NCBI GenBank assembly: GCA_963749495.1
Contig: CAVVMW010000006.1
Coordinates: 992,001-1,056,000 of the forward strand
From: an uncultured bacterium
GTDB lineage: Bacteria; Verrucomicrobiota; Verrucomicrobiia; Limisphaerales; UBA8199
Direction of reading: 5' to 3'
DNA: 64,000 bases
This document shows, one piece after another, positions 1-11,279 of this stretch. Made by a program: the position numbers and the translations under genes. A model generated the notes under the pieces. That model saw only the letters and a program-made list of their open reading frames with translations, did no database searches and was not told where the DNA came from. The number at the start of each line of letters is the position of its first letter. Position 1 is the stretch's first letter.

Positions 1-2
1 AG

Positions 3-248
3 GTCGAGGGCCCTCGGGACATGACCTTGCTGCCTCAATTCCCCTACAAGCAAGCGGCCCTCACCATCAGCGGCAGCGCCCTCTTTCACGACCTCGGAAA
101 GTTCCTCGCCGATTTCGAAAACCATTTCCCCTACCTCCGGATCGCCAACCTCAGCCTCGAACCGATCCCGGCCCTGGCGTCCGCCGACCAGGAAAAACTG
201 GCCTTCAAAATGGACATCATCTTCCTGGTCAAGCCCGATGCCGGTTGA
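3..248 (+). CDS. PilO/GspM-like pilus/secretion assembly protein, 3' part (5' end outside window)
   Basis: Open frame from window start; ISGSALFHDLGKFLADFENHFPYLRI resembles a PilO C-terminus; lies upstream of a secretin. Confidence 0.6.
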   Translation, partial: VEGPRDMTLLPQFPYKQAALTISGSALFHDLGKFLADFENHFPYLRIANLSLEPIPALASADQEKLAFKMDIIFLVKPDAG

Positions 249-264
249 TTTGCCCGCAAGGTCT

Positions 265-789
265 ATGTTCAGAATCTCCAAGCGCGCCTCGGGTCCCGGC
301 TCATCGGCCGCCTTCCTGCAAGCCCTGCCTGATATGTCCCGCTGGCTCTGGCTTGTGCTGCCCGCCTGGCTCCTGCACGCCGCCGTTGTCCACGCAGCCA
401 GCACGCCCGCCCCGGCCGTTCAGCCTCCGACCAACAGCAATCCCGTCGCCGCCATCGCCTCCCCCATCCCCCAATCGATCTTTATCATTCCTGCCAGCCC
501 AAAAGACGGACGCAACCCCTTCTTCCCGCGCTCGACTCTCAACTCCCCGGTCGTCAAACCCAAGCCGTTGACTGTGGACACCTCGGCCGTGGTGCTCAAC
601 GGGCTGACCAGCCCGCCCCGGCCCACCGCCATGATCAACGGGCGTACCTTCGAAAGGGGCGAAAGCGGCGAGGTCAGGCTCCCGACAGGCGCCAGGGTCC
701 GCATCCAATGCCTGGAAATCAGGGCCGATGCCGTGGTGGTGGTGGTCGGCTCCCAGCGCTGCGAGTTGCACCTCCGCAAGGCGCTCTAA
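265..789 (+). CDS. Exported PilP-like hypothetical protein (start 238, 265 or 334)
   Basis: Signal peptide, Pro-rich linker, GRNPFFP motif and AMINGRTF beta-domain; sits between the PilO-like gene and the secretin. Confidence 0.5.
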   Translation: MFRISKRASGPGSSAAFLQALPDMSRWLWLVLPAWLLHAAVVHAASTPAPAVQPPTNSNPVAAIASPIPQSIFIIPASPKDGRNPFFPRSTLNSPVVKPKPLTVDTSAVVLNGLTSPPRPTAMINGRTFERGESGEVRLPTGARVRIQCLEIRADAVVVVVGSQRCELHLRKAL

Positions 790-790
790 G

Positions 791-936
791 ACAGTCCACA
801 GTCCACAGTCCACGGTCCACAGTCCACGGTCCAGAGTCCACGGTCCACAGTCCAGAGTCCACAGTCCACAGTCCACGGTCCAGAGTCCACGGTCCACAGT
901 CCACGGTCCACAGTCCACAGTCCAGAGTCCACAGTC
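791..936 (+). repeat. Heptamer tandem array (GTCCACA/GTCCAGA/GTCCACG), left arm of a composite palindrome
   Basis: About 20 tandem 7-bp units; reverse-complement units (TGTGGAC) at 1117-1150. Confidence 0.95.
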
Positions 937-989
937 GGAGAGCGGAAGGGCGGAGCTCTACTTCACCGGATATCGGATGACTTTCCCCT

Positions 990-1070
990 CTTTGTCGCAG
1001 CCTTTGTCGCGACCTTTGTCGAATTGGGCCGGTTTTCGGCAAAGGTCGCGACAAAGGCAACGACAAAGGT
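990..1070. repeat. 12-bp-periodic hairpin element (CCTTTGTCG)x3-loop-(CGACAAAGG)x3, copy 1
   Basis: Visible inverted triple repeat; other copies at 7185, 14678, 38484, 43258, 62407, 63699. Confidence 0.9.
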
Positions 1071-1315
1071 TGAGAAAGTCACTCAAAGTCCCCCGCAACA
1101 GGGTGGATCTCGGAAGTCTGGACTGTGGACTGGCCTGTGGACTGTGGACTGAACTTGTCCCATCGATGGACATCCTTTCGGCGCAATGGTCACGTTTCTT
1201 GGCGCGCGGGTTTGCGGAACAGGCCCTGGACGGGTGTTGGCACCATGGCTGCTAAGAGGTTTGAGACCGGACACCGGGTTGGGTATGGCCAGTCAATCGA
1301 AATCAACGTTGTGAT

Positions 1316-2836
1316 ATGAAAGTTCGAGTCAGCGTCCCTGCAATCATCGGGATAATGCTCTGCAATCTGGCCGGTCTGGCCCAAACCAATCCCGTGGCAG
1401 CCGAGGCCACCGAGCCGGTTGTCCCGGCTGAGACTGGCGCCGGGCCGGCCGCCGCGGCAGACGCCACCAATGCCCCTGCCCCGCGCGGGGCGCTCATCCC
1501 GCTCATCGTGATGGACGAGGTGCTTCTGACCGACGCGATCGGGAACCTGGCCCGGCAGGCGGGCCTGAACTATCTGATGGACCCCAAAGTGGGCTTCGGC
1601 CAGCCCGGGCCGGACGGCAAACCGGTAGCGCAGCCCAGCGTGACCCTCCGCTGGGAGAACCTCACCGCCGAGCAGGCCCTGAATGCCCTGCTCAACAACT
1701 ACAGCCTGCAAATGCTCGAGGACCTCAAGAGCAAGGTCGCGCGCATCACTATAAAGGACCCGGCGGCGCCGCCCCTTCTGACCAAGATCGTGCAACTGCG
1801 ATACGCCAGCCCCACCAACATGCTGGCCAGTGTCACGGCCATCCTGCGCGACACCAAGCAGCGCAGCCGGGTCCTTGCCGATGTCCGCACCAGCCAGTTG
1901 GTCGTCATTGCAACCGAGCCGGAGATGGACGAGGTGGACCGCCTCATCGAAAGCCTCGACTCGCCCACCAAACAAGTCCTCATCGAGGCGCGGCTGCTGG
2001 AAACCTCGGTTAACCCGAGCACCACCAAAGGCGTGGACTGGACGGGCACCCTCCAGGGCCAGAATGTCTCATTCGGCAACGGCGTCATGTCCGGCACCAG
2101 CACCACCACCTCGCCCGGCTCGCCCTCGACCACGACCCTGCCGGGCGGACGCCAGATCACCTCGATGCCCGGCTCGAGCACCAGCACGATCCTGGATTCG
2201 GTGTTAGGCAACGGCGGTTTTGGCCTGAGCACCGCCAGCGGTCTGTCTCCCGCCACCGGGTTCCTCAACGCCAACGGCGTCCGCGCCGTGCTCTCGTTCC
2301 TGAACACTTATGCCGAGGCCAAAATCCTCTCCTCGCCCCGGGCGGTCACCCTCGACAACGAGACCGCCACCATCGAGGTCGGCACCATGTTCCCTATCGT
2401 GAACACTACCGCCGGCACGGTCAACGTGGCCGGCGGCTCCCAGATCACTTACACCAACCTGACGGTCCGCCTGGAGGTCACCCCTCGCATCTCCGCCAAC
2501 AACTACGTGCAACTCAGGGTCACCCCGACGATTCTCAGGCTGGGCAACTCCGTCAAAACCACCGTCGGCGACGCGGTCAGCATCGTGTATGAGTTCAACA
2601 AACGGCAGCTCAACACCACGGTCATGATCCCCAGCGGCAACACCCTGGTGATGGGCGGCCTGATCGAGGACAACATTCAGATAAACAACACCAAGGTGCC
2701 CGTGCTCGGCGACATCCCCGGCCTGGGACTCCTGTTCCGCAACGACACCAAGACCCGCACGAAATCCAATCTTATCGTCTTTCTCACCCCAACCATCGTG
2801 AGTGAACACGATTTTCAGCCAGCCAAGGCCGGCTGA
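1316..2836 (+). CDS. Secretin (PilQ/GspD family); true C-terminus probably continues via a frameshift near 2830 to 3119
   Basis: Signal peptide; secretin motifs QVLIEAR, LSSPRAVTLDNETA, GNTLVMGGLI, KVPVLGDIPGLGLLF; the 2802..3119 frame ends in an ATGA overlap with the next gene. Confidence 0.9.
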   Translation: MKVRVSVPAIIGIMLCNLAGLAQTNPVAAEATEPVVPAETGAGPAAAADATNAPAPRGALIPLIVMDEVLLTDAIGNLARQAGLNYLMDPKVGFGQPGPDGKPVAQPSVTLRWENLTAEQALNALLNNYSLQMLEDLKSKVARITIKDPAAPPLLTKIVQLRYASPTNMLASVTAILRDTKQRSRVLADVRTSQLVVIATEPEMDEVDRLIESLDSPTKQVLIEARLLETSVNPSTTKGVDWTGTLQGQNVSFGNGVMSGTSTTTSPGSPSTTTLPGGRQITSMPGSSTSTILDSVLGNGGFGLSTASGLSPATGFLNANGVRAVLSFLNTYAEAKILSSPRAVTLDNETATIEVGTMFPIVNTTAGTVNVAGGSQITYTNLTVRLEVTPRISANNYVQLRVTPTILRLGNSVKTTVGDAVSIVYEFNKRQLNTTVMIPSGNTLVMGGLIEDNIQINNTKVPVLGDIPGLGLLFRNDTKTRTKSNLIVFLTPTIVSEHDFQPAKAG

Positions 2837-2980
2837 TCTCAGGACACCGGCCCCCAAGCAGGACTTCCTGGAGCCGGACTGGGGGGCTTGGGACAGCGGC
2901 AAACCCAAAGACTGGAGCAAGCCCAAACCCCAGAAGGAGAGCCCGACGGACTCCGCACTCGACCAGGGCCCGGTGCCTCA

Positions 2981-3102
2981 ACCCAGCCCGACGATCCCTC
3001 CACCCAGCCCGACGATCCCTGCCCTCAGCCCGACGATCCCTCCCCTCAGCCCAACGATCCCTCCACCCAGCCCGACGATCCCTCCACCCAGCCCAACGAT
3101 CC
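2981..3102 (+). repeat. 21-bp tandem repeat (about 6 units) encoding PSPTIPP
   Basis: CCCAGCCCGACGATCCCTCCA-like units read directly. Confidence 0.9.
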
Positions 3103-3115
3103 CGGCGGACGTCAA

Positions 3116-6100
3116 ATGAACCGGAATTGCAGCCTTTTGCTTATGAAGGTCATACTCATTCCGCTGTGTCTGCTGATCTCCGGCCGGCTCCTGGCCGGCC
3201 CGGTCTTGCAGACCGTGACAGGCGGCCCCGCCCAGTTCAACCCGCGCTATTACGGCTACGCCGATGGCCCCACCGCCTCCATGGCGCAGTTCGATTTCCC
3301 GTGCGGCCTGGCACTGGATCCCTCGGGCACCTTGCTTCTTCGTGGCCGATTTCACCAACAACGCCCTCCGGGTCATATCCAATCCCGGCGATAAGGCCAA
3401 CAGCTTCACCATGACTTTTGCCGGCACCAACGCCGGCATCAGCCACCCCGTGGCTGTGGCCGTGGACAGCGCGACCAATGTGTACGTCTTGAACCAGGGC
3501 AACGGCACCGACGGCACTGTCCTCAAATTCAACGCCTCCTACTTTAACAGTGACAGCCTAGTGCTCCTGGAAGGGGGGCCTATGGCCTCCGGCCTGGCCA
3601 ATGCCACGGCCCTGGCTCTGGACGGGCTTACCAACCTTTACGTCACGTACAACACCAACAGGATTCTGTGCATCACTCCGGCCGGGAGTACGAACCGCCT
3701 CATCAAGGCCGCCGGGGTTGCGCTGCACGGCATCACGGTCCTGGACAACGGGTCGCTGGCGCTGACCGATGCGGGCAATCACGGCATCTGGGTGTTCAAT
3801 CCGGCCACCGGCGCCGCCTCGCAACTGACGGGTTTTCACGGGGCGGATGATTGGAACGGCCCGGCCAGCGTAGCCGCCTTCAACCATCCCGAGATGATAG
3901 CCAAGGCAGGCGGCAATGTGTTGGTCGTGGCCGACCGCGGCAACCACAAGGTTAAATTCGTCAGTCCCTCGGGGGAAGTGAGCCGCCTTTACGGTGTCAG
4001 CTCCAACTACTGGGTCCAGGGCAGCGCCAGCCAGGACATTTTCCCAGGCTGGTGGGATGGCCCGGTTTGCTCGATGGATACGTGGGGTTGTCCCGAGGCG
4101 CGCGAGCCCTTCGGGGTGGCCGTGGCCCCCGATGGCTCGGTCTATACCAGCGAGGTCTATTACCACCTCATCCGCCACACTACCGGCGCCGGGTTCACTG
4201 GGCCCCAGCCCGGCTATTTGCCGCTCTTCAATGGTCTGACGGGCATTGCCCTGGACAGCGAGTTGGAGCACGTGTTCATCGCCGATACCGGCAACAACGC
4301 GGTCGAGGTGGTGGACCTGAGCCTCAACCAAACAACCACGTTCCTGCAGGCCGCGCAGGGCATGGCGCAGCCGGTGGACGTGGTGGTGGATGCGGTGGAT
4401 ACCGTTTATGTGCTCAACCAGGGCAGCGGCGCCAACGGCTCGATCCTCCAGTTCGATCGCTTCGGGAACCGGCTGGCGACCAAGACGAGCGGCCTGGCCT
4501 GGCCCTCCGCCATGACCATGGACAGTTCCGGCAATTTCTATGTCGCCTGCCGGGACGGCGCCATTCAACGGTTCGATGTGTCCGGCCAGAGCAAGACCCT
4601 CGCAACGGTCACCGGTGGCGCGGCGGCGGTGCAACTGGCCGGCATTGCGCTGTTCGATGATGGGACCATTGCGGTGAGCGATGCCGCCAATCATGTGCTG
4701 TGGCAAGTCGATCCGATGCACTATGCTGTCAGCCTCTTGACCGGGTCGAACGGCGTGCCGGGCAGCACTTTGGGGGGCACCGCTTTTGCGCGGCTCAACC
4801 AGCCCCAGCGGCTGGCTCGAGGCGCAGGGCGACCTGCTGGTCCTGGCCGATGGCGCCAACAACCGCCTGGTGTTGGTGGATCACGCGGGCTCGGTCACCA
4901 ACGCCTTGTCTTCCACCAACTCGTTGGTTTGGTTTGGCCGGCCGGGTGACCCGCATCCGCCGGGCGACTCGGCCTTTGTGCCCATGCGCGGCCCGGCCGG
5001 CGTCGCCATCGGCAATGCCGGCGCAGTCTTCGCTTCCGAACCGGCCAACAACGCCTTGCGCGAGCTGCTGGCGACGGGCCTGGTCAATGGGGGTCTGGGC
5101 GGCGGCGGCACCAGCACCAACACCAGCACCGGCACCAGCACCAACGTGGTCGTCCCGTTGCCCGTGCTCGATCCAAACTCGACCTGGGGCTACTACCCGA
5201 TGGGCCGGAGCATTGGTCTCTCCAGCCCCTGCACCAATGTCTATTACACCATCAATGGCACCGAACCGACCCTGCAGAGCGCCCGGGTCGCCATGAACGG
5301 CATGACCGGCGTCATCCACTGGTTCAATCTGACCAACGACCTGAGCGGGTTGCGGGTCAAGGCCTTCCTGGGGACCAATTCCAGCGCGACGGTCAGCGGC
5401 CAGGCGGCTCCGTTCAACAACATCGGCATTCCGCTGACTTCTGCGGGCGGTTTCATCCCTGCCGGCATCGGCTCGACCGTTGTGGTGCCGGTGGTCGTCA
5501 ACCTGCAGCCCGGCGCCCAGGTCGAGTCGTACCAGTTCCGGGTCGAAATCTCACCCAACGACCCGTCCTCGCCCCCGATCACCAACGGGTTCCGTACGCT
5601 GGCCATCAGTGGAAATGACTTTGTGCCGCTGGTGACCGCAGTTCAAGGCAACGCCAGCCTCGCTCTGCCGGGCCAGCCGTATAGCTTTGGCCCCACAAAC
5701 GGCCTGGCTATCTCAACCGTTAACAATGGCCGCTTCTATTTCCAGAGATTTGCCGCCGTGTCCATGCTCGCAGTGCCTATCCCATCGAGCGCCAGCTCCG
5801 GCAACTCCTATTCCCTGGCGCTGACCAATCCCAGCGCCACCTCGGACGGCCTGAATGGCGCCGTCCAACTCTCCCCGCTCCCGCCCGTCACCATCCTGGT
5901 CACCAACATCCCATACACCGTCGGCGATTCGGCTGCCGCGGCCGGCAGTTGGTACAACGCGGGCGGCTTCGGCGACTCCAACCTCGACAACGCCGACGTG
6001 AACAATGCCTTTTGCGCCGCTGCCGGCCTGCACGTGCCTTACCCCTTCTCGGATGTCTTCAACGCCATGGACGCCTTCCCGCCAGATGAGAATGGGTTCG

Positions 6101-7101
6101 TCGGGGGCGATGGCCAGATTCGGTTCCTGGACTGGCAGATCATCCTGCAGCGGTCTTTGGGCTTGGACACCCATAACTGGGCCCGCGCCTGGTCCCCGGG
6201 CGGCGTGCTCACCAATTTCACCGCCTCGCTCGCGCGGCCGCTCGACAGAACGCCGGAAGCCGATCCCCTTGCCCCCTGGAGCCGCCAGGCGCTGGTCGGG
6301 GCCGTCTCCCTCGGCCAGGCCGTCCCAGGGACCGCCGTGGCGGTGCCCGTCTATGTGAAGATGGCCGATGGCGCGACCCTCTCCGGGCTCCAGTTCCGCG
6401 TTGTGCTCACCTCGACCGACGGGGCGCCTCTGCCGGCCCAGGCCCCGGACATCGCCCTGGCGGCGGGCGTTGCGGCCCCTTCGCTCCAACAGGGCTTTCA
6501 GCCGGGCGAGATGGCCTTCGGCTGGTCGCTCTCCAGTTTTGAGTTCCTGCCGCGGAGCAGCAACTTCCTGGGCCACATCACCTTCACGATCCCGGCCGGC
6601 GCCTCGGCAGGCCAGGTCTATTGGCTCCGTTTCACCAACGCCGATGGCGCACCCGACCTGCTGACTCAGTATGACCTGGAGACCCGCTCCGCCTCGGTGA
6701 CGGTCGCCGGCGCGGCCATTCCCGCCTCGATTTGCTCCGATGAATGGAAACTGCACTACTTCGGCAGCCTCACGGACCCGCACGCGGCGGACCTGGCTGA
6801 CCCGGACGGCAACGGCGTGCCCAATTGGATGGAGTATCTCGCCGGGACCAACCCGCTGGACGCCGCTTCCAAACTCCAGTTCAGCTCGGCCGAAAAACGG
6901 GTCGTCGATGGCCAGGCCCAGGCCGTCCTGCATTGGCTGACCGCTCCGGGCCGGGCCTACGAGGTCCAGTGGACGGCCCAGCTCTCCGGGGGCCCCTGGA
7001 ACACCCTGGGCACCGTCTCGGGCGACGGCGGGCTTGCCGCCTGCGCGGACACCAACGCCGTGGGCACCGCTCGCTATTACCGCCTGCGCGTGTTGCCCTG
7101 A
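3116..7101 (+). CDS. Large secreted NHL-repeat protein with Fn3-like, cohesin-like and dockerin-like modules (frameshifts near 3340 and 4815)
   Basis: Joined ORFs 2888..3394, 3264..4949 and 4786..7101; signal peptide, NHL motifs (ADRGNHKV, ADTGNNAV), YYTINGTEPT, DPDGNGVPNWMEYLAGTNP, C-terminal RYYRLRVLP. Confidence 0.75.
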
Positions 7102-7143
7102 CAGCAGCGCCACCGGTCATGAAGCTCCCGACATCTTTTGAGC

Positions 7144-10100
7144 ATGAAACCTGAAATCCAAAGCTTGAGGTCCGAAGTCACCAACCTTCTTCGGGGCCTT
7201 TGTCGCGGCCTTTGTCGCCTTGGCCACATTTTCGACAAAGGTGGCGACAAAGGCTGCGACAAAGGTCTGGAACTGCGCCGCCTTGGCCTCCTCGCGTTCC
7301 TTTTGGCCTTGACCTGCGGCGCCAACGCCCAAGTCACCGTCATCACCCTCACGACCAATGGCCTGAGAGAACCCTTCGCGGTTGCGGTCAACGCCAATAA
7401 CAATTTCTACATTACCGACAGCGGGAACAACCGCATTGTGAGAATCGATGCCAGCACCGACGCGGAGACCACCTTGGCCGGGATCACGGCGGATCCCCCG
7501 GCAGCGACAACGGCCCCTCCTACGCAGCGCACTTCAATAATCCCCAGGGCCTGCTCTTTGCCAGCCTGGGCGGCGCCAACGGACTCTTGGTCACCGACTC
7601 CGGCAACAATCTGCTCCGGTTCGTGTCTTTGCCTGACGGCACGGTCACCACGCTGGTCGGCCAAACCACTCCCGGCCCCGCCATCGATGCCGCCGGGACA
7701 GACGCAACCTTCCGCTTCCCGAACGGCCTGGCGCAGGACAACCTGGGCAACGTCTATATTGCGGATTGGGGCAACAACGCGATTCGGGTGCTCAACCTCA
7801 ACGACCCCCTCCTGGGCGTGACCAACCTCGCGCTCAACGGGACGAGCTTGTATCACCCTACCGGCCTGGCCTTTGCCGGCACCAACCCGGACGGCACCGG
7901 CCTGCTCTGGGTGGCCGACACCGGCAATCAAACGGTCAAACTCATTTCCCTGACCAGCCCGACGACAGGGAATCTTGAGACCTACATCGGCACGCCCGGC
8001 CAGACCGGCACCAACGATGCCCTCTTCGGGTCCAACGCCCGCTTCAATGCCCCCAGCGGATTGCTCTGGGTTAACCAGGTCGGTCTGCTCATCAGCGATA
8101 CCTTGAACAACTCGATCCGCCTTGCCACCAACAACCCCGCCCTGGCGCCCGCCAACTACAGCGTCGTCACTTTCGCCGGCTCGCCGGGACCGGCCAACGG
8201 CGCCTTGTTGGATGGGCCCGCTTTGTCCGCGCAATTCAACTCGCCCGAGGGCCTGGCCAGGGACGTTGCCAATAACGGCTTTCTGGTGGCTGACTTGAAG
8301 AACAATGCCTTGCGCCGCATCCAGAATGGCCCGCCGTTGCCGCCCGTCTCCCCTCCGGTCATAGGGTGGGTCAATTTCGCACTCAGTGACTCCGGCAACT
8401 GGGTTTCTGTGTTGCGCACGGCCCAGCCATTCCTGCTCAATAATCCGTCCGCGATAGCAGTCACGGCCGAGGCCGGGGTCGTGACTCACTTCACCTGGGG
8501 ACCAACTCCTCCCACCTCCCTCCAAGACACGATTCCCGACCCCAGCGCCACCGTGGGCAGCACCGCCCCCCATTACGAGGATGGCCTCTTCGCAAACGAG
8601 GTTCCCGAAACCCTCGTGAGCCCCGCCCCGGATGTGACCGTCAAGGCAATCAGTATCCAGACCGGCCGCAAGAACAGCCCTATCGCCTCGGCCAGGTTCC
8701 AGTTCAAAGCCGCCAACCCCCAGATCCTTGGCAATAATGCCGCCTCATTCAGCCTGACCGACCTAACCACCGACGCGCTCGTTTGGTACACCATCGATGG
8801 CTCCGATCCAACCGATGGTCCGCCCAGCCTCGGACCCCTCACCGATCACGCCAGCCTCTCTCTCTATGCCCCCACCAACCTGGTCTTCAAGACGCGCGCC
8901 TTTCGCCCCGACTTCCAGGACAGCGACATCGTCACCAACCTTTTCACCGCTGCCAACTTCACCCCCAACAGCATTACGTTCGGTTTTGCCTCCGGCGAGG
9001 CCTCCAGCGATTTCGTCGCCTCGCCCGGCCAGGCCTTCTATGCGCCGGTCACCCTGACCCTGCTGTCCAATACCCCCATCTACAGCCTCCAGTTCAATAT
9101 CACTGTCACCAATGCCGGGAATAATCCGGGCCCCCGGTCGCTCCGGGCGCCTGCGGCTTCGAGAGCTTCCTCGAAAAACCCGACCCGGCCAACAAGGGTT
9201 TCTACCTCCGCATCCCCCCGGCCATGCCCTTCACCGGCCTCTCCGACTCGCCCCCGGGTCAAGTGCCCGCGAACCTGATCTTCGAGTACGGCTCTGGATT
9301 GCTTCAGGACCTCAGGTTCACTAACTCCAGCCTCAATCTCCTCGGCGTAGGTTGGCTCGAACGCAAGGGCTATACCAATCTCTACGACACCACCAGCCAG
9401 GACCTGGTTAAATACTCTCAACCCCACGATACGGTCTTCGATGAAACCGGGGGCCGCGTCGTTGTTGGCGGATACACTTTCAAAGTCCCGGGCAACGCCA
9501 CCAACGGCCAGACGTATCAAATCCAGCTCGGGCGGCCCTCTGCCACTTCGGACGGCATCGGCGCTCCCGGCTCCGAGGTCCTCATTGTTACTCCCACCAA
9601 CGGCCCCATTTCGGCCATAGAGACCGTCACGGTCGGCCAGCGCAGGTACATCGTCGGCGACTGCGCCCCGTTCCGCTGGTTTAACGCGGGTGACTTCGGT
9701 GACACCAACCTCGACAATGCCGATGTCATGCAGGTCTTCGAGTCCGCCGTCTATGCCGTTGACACGCCTCCCCCAGGCAGCGACTTTTTCGACAGCATGG
9801 ATTCCTGCGGCTACACCTTTTCGGACCTGGGCCACGGCTACCTCGAGCAAAACGGGCTCGTCACGGGCGCCGCCGAATGGAACCCGCTCTTCGACGGCGA
9901 CGATACCTGGATCAACCACATCGCCTTCGGGGACGGAGTGCTCGACGTTTGCGACGTCTATGTCACCTTCCGCCGGTCCCTGGACCCGAGCCTTACATGG
10001 TTCCAACGATTCTGGACTAACGGCGTGCGCGCCGCCCAATTCATCGGCAATCCTCCCCCGCCGCCCCCAACCAACCCCCCGTTCAAGGCCCGCATCGCCC

Positions 10101-10912
10101 CCTCCGTCAATTTCGCCAGTGCCGATTTTCTCGCTTCCCCCGGCCAAACCCTGCAGATCCCCATCACCGCCCAGGTTTTCGGGCCTTATCCCCTGCGGGT
10201 CTTGATGCTGGGCCTAGCCGTGGACCCCCTGGACGGCTCGCCCACCTTGGACAGTCCCATCCAGTTCACGCCCAACCCCGACCTGGGCTCGCCCACTCTC
10301 GTCTCTGCCCAGTCCCCCGGCGTTTACGCCGCCACCTGGCTCGATGCCACCATCCCCGGGCTCTCCGGAACCGCCTCCCTCGGCACCTTGACCGTCCAAA
10401 TCCCCGCCAACGCCCCTACCAACGCCGCCTACGCCATCCATTTCGACCATGCCTCCGCCTCGCCCAACGGCTTGGCTTCTTTCCCCAAGCAGACCGTGAC
10501 CGGCCTGATTACGCTCTCAGACCGCTCCGGCTCCTCCTTTAATGACGCCATCCCGGATTCCTGGCGCCTCCGTTACTTCGGCACCACCGGCAACCTCCTT
10601 TCTCAAGCTGCCGCCGATGCCGATGGCGATGGCGCTGACAACTGGCACGAGGACCTCGCCGGCACCGACCCCACCGACCCCAACTCCTGCCTCCGCGTCT
10701 CCACCCTCCAACCCCTCTCCGCCCCGGGCACCAACTGCATTGTCCGATGGCCCAGCGTCGCCGGCAAACAATACATCGTCGAATCCTCCCCCTCCCTCTG
10801 GCCCCCCAACTGGAGCCCCGTCTCCACCAACTCCGGCTCCGGCGCCGACTTGGAATTCCAAGACACCTCCAGCGGGACGGTAAGCTTCTACCGCGTCCGC
10901 CTCGCCCAGTGA
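7144..10912 (+). CDS. Paralogous secreted NHL-repeat / Fn3-like / cohesin-dockerin-like protein (frameshifts near 7500 and 9135)
   Basis: Joined ORFs 7138..7821, 7587..9278 and 9224..10912; same module order as the upstream gene (YTIDGSDPT, WFNAGDFGDTNLDNADV, DADGDG..LAGTDP, FYRVRLAQ). Confidence 0.75.
7185..7266. repeat. CCTTTGTCG hairpin element copy 2, in frame in the N-terminus of the gene
   Basis: Translates as LCRGLCR..FDKGGDKGCDKG just before the hydrophobic signal segment. Confidence 0.85.
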
Positions 10913-11051
10913 CTCCGGGCCCCGCCGCATCATCGCGGCCGGGGGAGATGGCAGAAAAATGTGACGGCATAACAATAAATGCCTGCACATGCTCCTGCCC
11001 GGCCCAAAGGGCCGGCAGAACCTAGCCCTGAGGCCGCCAGGCCGATGCCCT
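10580..11051 (+). repeat. About 470-bp direct repeat, copy A (left flank of R-M island)
   Basis: Near-identical to 14170-14647. Confidence 0.95.
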
Positions 11052-11187
11052 AAAAGGGGTTCTGAGCCCCTTTTCTTCTCTTTTCGACGGCTGACCCCTT
11101 TTCGCCGACCCCCAACCCAACGCTGATAAGCCCAGCCTCCCGCCCCCAGCCGAGCAACTGCCGCCGCTCCCGAAACACTAAATCACC

Positions 11188-11216
11188 TTGACACGTAGTT
11201 TAACTCCTAGTAGGGT
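11188..11216 (+). promoter_or_regulatory. Putative sigma70 promoter of the methyltransferase with a 13-bp operator in the spacer
   Basis: TTGACA(11188)-17 nt-TAGGGT; GTAGTTTAACTCC at 11195-11207 matches boxes upstream of the C gene. Confidence 0.55.
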
Positions 11217-11279
11217 GCTACGGAATGAAAGCCCGCGAAAACCAGAATTTTCTGTCTCTCTACTTCGAGCCCCGCGTGG

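Noticed and set aside
791..1150. Repeat arrays as a CRISPR array
   Set aside because: Units are 7 or 12 bp in tandem with no unique spacers, and no cas genes are present
301..1255. ORFs made of TVDCGLW / SPQSTVH repeats
   Set aside because: Stop-free translation of intergenic heptamer arrays; no independent coding evidence
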